A stretch of 17,696 nucleotides of DNA, from positions 1 to 17,696 of the forward strand of contig CAXIUT010000026.1 of assembly GCA_964035545.1 (NCBI GenBank), given 5' to 3'. The stretch's first letter is position 1; each line of letters begins with the position of its first letter. This document shows positions 11,325 through 17,696 of this stretch, piece after piece. Position numbers and translations under genes: made by a program. This DNA is from Bugula neritina (Eukaryota; Animalia; Bryozoa). The notes below the pieces were generated by a model that was not told the DNA's origin, did no database searches, and worked only from the letters and a program-made list of their open reading frames with translations.

Positions 11325-12205
11325 TCATTCAAGTCTGATTTATTCTCTAACAAAGCCATGCAGAAGAGATCCGAGTTGTCTGGCCATGGCTGCAAGTAGA
11401 CATGTTGTACGTACAAACCCTGTACGTACAATGTACGTACAAGTTTGTACAGTGTACGTACAATGTACGTACAATTTTGTACATTGTACGTACATGTACA
11501 AATGTACAAACTTTGATGTACGTACGTACAACATGTCTAGCTGCAAGTGCAACTCCATCATCAATGAGTCCGATGGGTCCAAGAATAACTTCAGGGAGTA
11601 GATCGAAAGGACTAAATAAATAGATAAGCAAAAGAACGAGGTGTTTTAATTTCGGACTGGCAAAAAGATAATTCAAACCAGTCGATGTAAATAAAATTGG
11701 TAAGTTTCTGATTGTATTACCAAATTCTTTTATACTCCTTAATATCTTTCTTAAGATAACTGTACGCTAGGTTATCTTGCAAACTTATAGTTATAACTAC
11801 TTATCGACTATTTTATCTTCTTTTGCTCCTAAGACCCAACTTCAAACCTTCTCAACAAAACTATCACCTATTTACGACAAGCCGGACAGTTTATGCGAGT
11901 ATCAGGATGGGCCTAGATATATTTTATTATGCAGTCGCCTAAATATTGCGATAAATACCACAAAAACAGTGATTACAAGTAGCTACTACTTCGTTATTGA
12001 TTAGCTATAGACAGATAAAGCACTAGCGATTGATAGGTTAAGAGCTAGAAGAGTACTATTGATCATGCTGAGCAGATAATTGATGAGAAAGAAAAGGAGT
12101 CAACAACTTAAGCAAGCCAAGAACTCCTGCCACACACAAACAGATAAAGACTAAGGAAAAAAGAAAAGCCAGACAAGCTAGGACTGTGACCAAGGTCGAT
12201 ATCAT
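11325..12205 (-). CDS. RNF170: RNF170-like C3HC4 RING E3 ubiquitin ligase (N-terminal TM, RING, C-terminal DUF1232); 20-nt introns 11939-11958 and 11746-11765; interrupted near its 3' end by a 151-nt insertion
   Basis: CFICLELINNEVVATCNHCFCGDC...INCPACR is the RING. YNYKF...PSI and YLFSPFDLLPEVILGPIGLIDD (DUF1232) follow. Removing the insertion plus one target duplication restores ...GVALAAMARQLGSLLHGFVREEIRLE-TGA (690 nt spliced). Confidence 0.85.
11397..11539. mobile_element. 143-bp non-autonomous TIR element (hAT-like MITE) or retained IES
   Basis: Perfect 18-bp terminal inverted repeats TAGACATGTTGTACGTAC. Flanked by direct repeat GCTGCAAG at 11389-11396 and 11540-11547. Interior is made of TGTACGTACA and TGTACA palindromes. 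Confidence 0.88.
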
Positions 12206-12266
12206 CAATATAATAACAATTATGACTGACAATTTGAATAGTTATTTATATTGTTGTTTGCTAGAA

Positions 12267-12399
12267 GTTGGGGTTGGGGTTGGGGTTGGGGTTGGGGTTG
12301 GGGTTGGGGTTGGGGTTGGGGTTGGGGTTGGGGTTGGGGTTGGGGTTGGGGGTTGGGGTTGGGGTTGGGGTTGGGGTTGGGGTTGGGGTTGGGGTTGGG
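12267..12399 (+). repeat. Internal telomeric tract (TTGGGG)n, the right telomere of the 1-12399 chromosome
   Basis: About 22 hexamers with the G-strand on +, one G5 variant near 12348-12352, ending ...TTGGG and followed by non-telomeric sequence. Confidence 0.95.
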
Positions 12400-14229
12400 C
12401 CTAAGATTAATAAGACATTTCTGATTCTGACAATTCTTACTCCTTTAGAACTTTTGTTTGTTTTATCAAATCTTTTTTCTTTCGATTAAACTTTGTTGTC
12501 TCTTCCTAGCTCTCACTCAAAAGACTTATCACTTACTTCTTCTCTCCCAACTCCCACCTATCACTCTATCTTACTCCTTACTCTTTATCCAAAACCTTTC
12601 CAACCAAATTCTTCATCTACACTATATCTTCTTAATCAATAGTCTTAGATATTTAAGATCGAATAAGTAGGTCTCTTATTTTCACCCAAACTTCTCCTTC
12701 ATTTTCATAATTTTTTTATATCTCTTCTTAAAATGACTCCCTTCCTTCTACCTAAAGTTGTTCCCTTTTTCCTACTTAAAGTTATTCCCTTCCTCCTACT
12801 TAAAGTTGTTCCCTTCCTCCTACTTAAAGTTGTTCCCTTCCTCCTACTTAAAGTTGTTCCCTTCCTCCTACTTAAAGTTGTTCCCTTCCTCCTACTTAAA
12901 GTTGTTCCCTTCCTCCTATTTTAAAGGCTCTATATAACTACTTTAGAAGGCTAATGAACTCTTTAGTGATGTTGGACTGCTATTTATATTGATTTGAAAG
13001 GCTATATTTGTCTGATAGAAGTTTAGCAACTGTTTTTACATTATTGAAATGAATGAAAAGATAAAATATTTATTTTTTAATAAATTTAGGTTAGTCATTA
13101 TAATGTATTTAAGTATGTTTATTATTTTTTTTATTTTTTTATTTTAGGTTTTTCTTTATTTTCAATACCATTTTCAAATAAATAACATAGATCTAATAAG
13201 AACCTATTTATATCTGAGTATCAATATCCAAATAGAATAATATACATCTTTTCATTATATCTGCTTACTATACACTCAACCAGCTAGTAAAGTCTTTGAA
13301 ATCAGATACAATCAAACTCTTATGGACCTTAGGAATGTTTCTAAACTTAAAGTTATCCATGACATAGGATTCTATTTGTCTGAATACTACTCTAAAGATA
13401 TATTCCAAGTAAGAAGAAAATATTTTTGAGTTTCTAAATTAATCTATAAGTACATATTATTCTTACAACTACCATTGAAATTCTTAAAGCCAAACCTGAT
13501 TTTTGAATTACATAACTCTTCTCCAATCTATTTAAGCCACTCCTTATCCTTAGGAATTTTAACTATTTTCTTTTTCAAAGAGGGTAAACCTTCTTCAAGC
13601 TTTGATTCCTTATACTCTTAAAACTTTGCTTCTCTGAGGAGAGTTTTTATTGAACCTATAGTATTTTTATTATCTAGGTCAGGCACAAATAGTTTAAAAA
13701 GCTCCTACTTCAAAGGTTAAAACCTTTCAGCCACTTTAAGTATCCCAGAAGCCATACTCTAGTAACTTTAGATAGTATTTTAGAGGCTTTTTTCCAGATA
13801 TATTGTGAAGTTAGGATTTTTTTATTTGTAAAGATAGGTGAAAGATGATAGATATATGTCTGTAAGCTAAGTTTTTTTGTTTACTTACTCACTAAAGTCT
13901 TTGAAATTCAATTTTCTTTCATTTAGCTTTGACAGATGGAGGATTCTTCTTGACAATACCTGGAACCTTTCATTCAACATCTTTTTCAATTTTATTTCAG
14001 TCTCATTATGAAGATTTGCTAATTTTCTAAGATAGTCATGACTAGAGATATGTGTGCTAGCCTCATAGTTTTTTATGTTTTTGAAGAAGTCATGACCCTG
14101 ATGGATGGGAATAGTTTAGTGTTCTCCTCGGTAGTGAAATTGTTGTTAAGGGTCAGCTGAGTTGAAAAGCTGATGATTGTTTTAGATGCAGTTGAAGTTG
14201 AAGCAGATCATATCATACTTTTCCATCAT
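12400..14229 (-). CDS. Hypothetical protein, 3'-truncated at the telomere junction; probable 23-nt intron 13444-13466
   Basis: Starts ATG ATG GAA at 14229. About 600 TGA-free codons after removing GTAAGA...TTATAG. The frame runs into the telomeric tract without a stop. No recognisable domain. Confidence 0.7.
12739..12918 (-). repeat. 24-bp coding tandem repeat, ~7.5 copies, encoding (LEVGGREQ)n
   Basis: Plus-strand unit CCCTTCCTCCTACTTAAAGTTGTT with slightly diverged end copies. Confidence 0.93.
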
Positions 14230-14444
14230 AAAAGCATTATATTATCCTCCAAAAAACTCAAACTTAAATTTTAGATATCAGCTCCTATTCTTTGAAGATT
14301 AAAGAATATCTTTGAGAATTATAATTTTGATATATATCATTTATCTTTTGATTGATTATTTATAAGAGATTATGAATTAAAGTCATATCTAAATAATATT
14401 GAGCTTTATTAATACTTATGATTCACTTTAAATGATATCTGAAA

Positions 14445-15709
14445 TCAAGATTTAGGCTTCTTTAAGTTAATCTTCAAAGTATCAGCCACCTTTCTGATAA
14501 ACTCAAGAGTTTCACAATACTTTTCTCGAGGTACAGTAGTAGTTCCCAACACACAAATTGCTAAATCTTTCGTCATAAAACCATTCTATACGCACTAAAT
14601 AATGCTTCCTTAGAGAGTTTCACAAAAATGCTTCAGTTCTTCATTATTATCAAGTTTAGCCCGATGAAGAAGTCCTTTTGTCCAGGCATAAATGCTCGCA
14701 ATAGAGTTAGTAGATGTTTATTTTCCTTGCTGGTACATGCGGTAGTGTCTAGTGACTGTACCATGAGCAGCTTCAGCTTCAACTGAACCATCAGGGGCAA
14801 GTAGTACAGAAGTCATCAGTCCCAAAGATCCATAACCTATCTTAATATGAATTTACCTTGAGCCAAGCAATCACTTTGAACATCGCCATCATAATTTTTA
14901 CAAGCCCAAACAAATCCTCCGTCCGATTTAATCATCTGAGCAACCATGTCATCAATCAATCTATGTTCATACCATAACTTTTTCTCTTAAAACTCTTTCC
15001 GATAGAACTAGTTATAGATCTTTTCAAAAGTATCCTTGAAACGACCGTCATACTTCTTCATAATCGTGTTCTTAGTTGTGAAGTAAAGAGGATAGTTTCG
15101 AGCTAATGCGTATTTGAAACAACTATGAGCAAAGCAATCAATGCTTTCGTCAGTATTGTACATACCCATACCTACTCCTCCATGACCTGTAAACTTATAA
15201 ACTTCCATCTTTTCCTCTGAGCCATCATCTCCCTTGAATGTCATTTAAAAAGTTCCAGGCTTATCGACAACAAAATCAGTGGCTTTATACTGGTCTCCAA
15301 AGGCATGTCTTCCAATGATGATAGGTTTTTTCCAACCTGGAACCAACTTAGGAATGTTCTTGATGATTATAGGCTCCCTGAAAACAGTTCCATTTAAAAT
15401 GTTTCTGATGGTTCCATTGGGACTCTTCCACATCTTCTTCAACTTGAATTCTTCAACACGAGCCTCATCAGGAGTAATTGTAGCGCACTTAATGCCTACT
15501 TTACATTTTTTGATAGCCTCAGCAGCCTCAATAGTAACTTTATCATCTGTTTTGTCTCTATATTCCATTCCGAGATCGAAGTAGAGAATTTCTAGATCAA
15601 GGAAAGGCAGGATGAGTTCATCTTTGATGGCCTTCCAGATGATCCTGGTCATTTAATCTCCATCTAGTTCAGCAACAGGGTTATTTACTTTTATTTTACC
15701 TCCTTACAT
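14445..15709 (-). CDS. IDH: NADP-dependent isocitrate dehydrogenase (414 aa, no obvious presequence, probably cytosolic); one 20-nt intron 14837-14856
   Basis: Motifs [96 protein letters not shown] and MTKDLA. Spliced length is 1245 nt. Confidence 0.97.
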
Positions 15710-16232
15710 AAATATATCAAAAGATATGTGTATAGTAATAAATAAAAGCCTTTCATTTTTTTCTCATTTCTGACGAAGTTTTCAATATTTTTTAATATTG
15801 ATTTATTATTTATTTTTAGAATATAAATATGATTTTATGATAATCTTTGTTATTTTAACCTTATAATATCAATTTCAATAACAGATTCAAAGAATTAAAA
15901 ACTACCAATTTAATGGATAACACCTTTACTATTCACTTTTCCTCCTCTCAAATATCTATACATGGTTTTCACCAATAAAACATTCAAATATAGACCTCTT
16001 TTAGTCCTGAATATTTTGTACTAATCGAACTTTTATGGAAAGAAATATGAATATTTTTATTTTAACTAAATTATTCGATATTTTTGACCTTATTTTCAAT
16101 CAGATAGAAGTCTTTGAAGATACTTTCAGGTTTGAAAGAGAGTATTCAGGTCAGTTGACTCCCAAAGAGGAAGAAGTAAGTTTATCCATATAATACAATT
16201 AATAAATTAGGAGCTGAACCAAATTGATAATC

Positions 16233-17498
16233 ATGAACTAAAAGCACCTTATAGACCGTAATTGCTGGAGTCACTACTCTCGAAGCTTTTCCAACTTACA
16301 TCTAGACATCAAGCCCCTCGATCTCAAAGTCTTCTGGCAGAGAAAGTCTTTCTTTGACCCTCCTCCAGAACTAGCAGAATGTTATGCAGCTAGAAACCAT
16401 ATAGCAGGAGCAGATGTGCCCATCATTGAAGTGCTACACTCAAGCAAGAGATGGCTTCTTCTCCAGAGTCCCAGATGTAGTGCAACTTTCTTCTAAAAAG
16501 TCAACAAAGGGCAATTAGGTAATCCCTATGAATACCTTTTAAGAACTTTTAAAAGTTTTTATGTTTTAGTGAGAACTTACGGCTACTTTATACCTACAGC
16601 CAAGATGATTTTTGTAAGTAAAAGGGAAATCTGTGTCTGGATTAGTTCCAATATCTTTTAAAACCACCCTGAGTATCTTCTAAGAAATGATTACAGAGGA
16701 TAACAGTAATTCATTCAAGGGTTTCTCAAAATGTTGGAATAATAAATGAAAGAATGGTAAAGAGTATAAAATATTCACTCAGTCGAGGATATCATCAAAC
16801 TCCTTGAATGGAGAAGTCAATTGAGAAGAGGGAGCATGACTGCTATCCAAGCCAGTAAAGAAGTCTTTGCCAGACCAGATTCGATGGTTTCTTTTGAATT
16901 GAGCTAGTTTTAACTGTAAAATAAGGGTATTAAAGGATGTAAATCAGTAAACAATATAAAGAAGGGGATCAGTTTAGACGGAATATCAGCCTAGATGAGT
17001 AGTAGTTATACAATAGTAGATGAAGAAAAGAAGGTAATAAATAGAAAGGTAGATCAAAGGATATTATATGATTCAAAAGACATGAAGAATTCAATTTATG
17101 ATGAGATAAAGCCAGCAAAAGTAATACATGAAGTAAGAATGACAAAAAAGAAGTTCAATCTCATGTCGACCTCAAGTACTCTTTAGAAATTTACCTAAAA
17201 GCTAAAGATAACAGTAAATAAAAAGAAAACATTAAAATTGATATAACAGAGTGATAAGAATAGCTACAGAGATGAGAGAAACAAAGAAAGCAATTTAGAA
17301 AGATATTAATAGTAGAATATAAAAGAGAAACCATAGAGGAATAAGAATATGCATCGATCTGAGCCAATAAATATAGCTAATGAGCTAGAAGACCTTTTCG
17401 AGGAAGACTAGAAGCACTAGTTGAAATTTGGTGTGGAAGGAAATAGATAGGAACTGTAGAAGATAGCATAGGAGATAGAATAAATTTTGATTTGGTGA
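16233..17498 (+). CDS. Hypothetical protein (>=421 aa); 5' end unresolved, may extend upstream through further introns
   Basis: A 1266-nt TGA-free frame from ATG 16233 to TGA 17496-17498, including track ORF 16995-17186. Coding-like sequence and a GTAAGT donor at ~16176 lie upstream. Confidence 0.65.
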
Positions 17499-17587
17499 CA
17501 TATGTTTATATATCACCTCAATATTTCAGTTATCACCAATAATAACAATAATAACTCATCATCTCATATCATAATATGAGAAGTCAA

Positions 17588-17696
17588 GGTTGGGGTTGGG
17601 GTTGGGGTTGGGGTTGGGGTTGGGGTTGGGGTTGGGGTTGGGGTTGGGGTTGGGGTTGGGGTTGGGGTTGGGGTTGGGGTTGGGGTTGGGGTTGGG
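17588..17696 (+). repeat. Right telomere, (TTGGGG)n
   Basis: Uninterrupted TTGGGG hexamers to the window end, ending ...TTGGG. Confidence 0.98.

Noticed and set aside
11303-11623. Cluster of overlapping ORFs on both strands rich in V/R/T/Y/C
   Set aside because: A by-product of the stop-poor palindromic MITE interior; no transposase or other protein similarity.
12186-12489. Gly-Val, Gly-Leu and Gly-Trp repeat ORFs
   Set aside because: Translations of the telomeric tract.
14445-15709. Genes as pseudogenes full of stops, or the standard ciliate code (TAR=Gln), or split UAA/UAG meanings
   Set aside because: Both TAA and TAG sit at conserved Glu positions in several proteins, and frames are intact once tiny introns are removed.
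15913-16232. Separate small gene or upstream exons of the last gene
   Set aside because: Coding-like with a GTAAGT donor, but no unique splice model with typical intron sizes could be built, so it is left unannotated.

Overview
AT-rich ciliate macronuclear (somatic) DNA with (CCCCAA)n/(TTGGGG)n telomeres at both window ends and a third G-strand tract at 12267-12399. The ORF track is misleading because TAA and TAG both encode glutamate here and TGA is the only stop (NCBI table 30, peritrich nuclear code). Genes are split by tiny GT-AG introns, nearly all 19-20 nt. Read this way, 1-12399 is a complete ~12.4-kb telomere-to-telomere chromosome with 8 genes: DP transcription factor, arrestin-domain protein, a 778-aa low-complexity protein, HSF, SHAQKY-type Myb, bacterial-type beta-propeller lactonase, sugar porter and RNF170-like RING E3. 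Segment 12400-17696 is a second fragment starting inside a gene (3'-truncated hypothetical gene, NADP-isocitrate dehydrogenase, hypothetical gene, right telomere) and is most likely joined chimerically. The most striking feature is a 143-bp MITE-like element with 18-bp terminal inverted repeats, an 8-bp target duplication and internal TGTACGTACA palindromes, which frameshifts the RNF170-like gene. All translations were done by hand.
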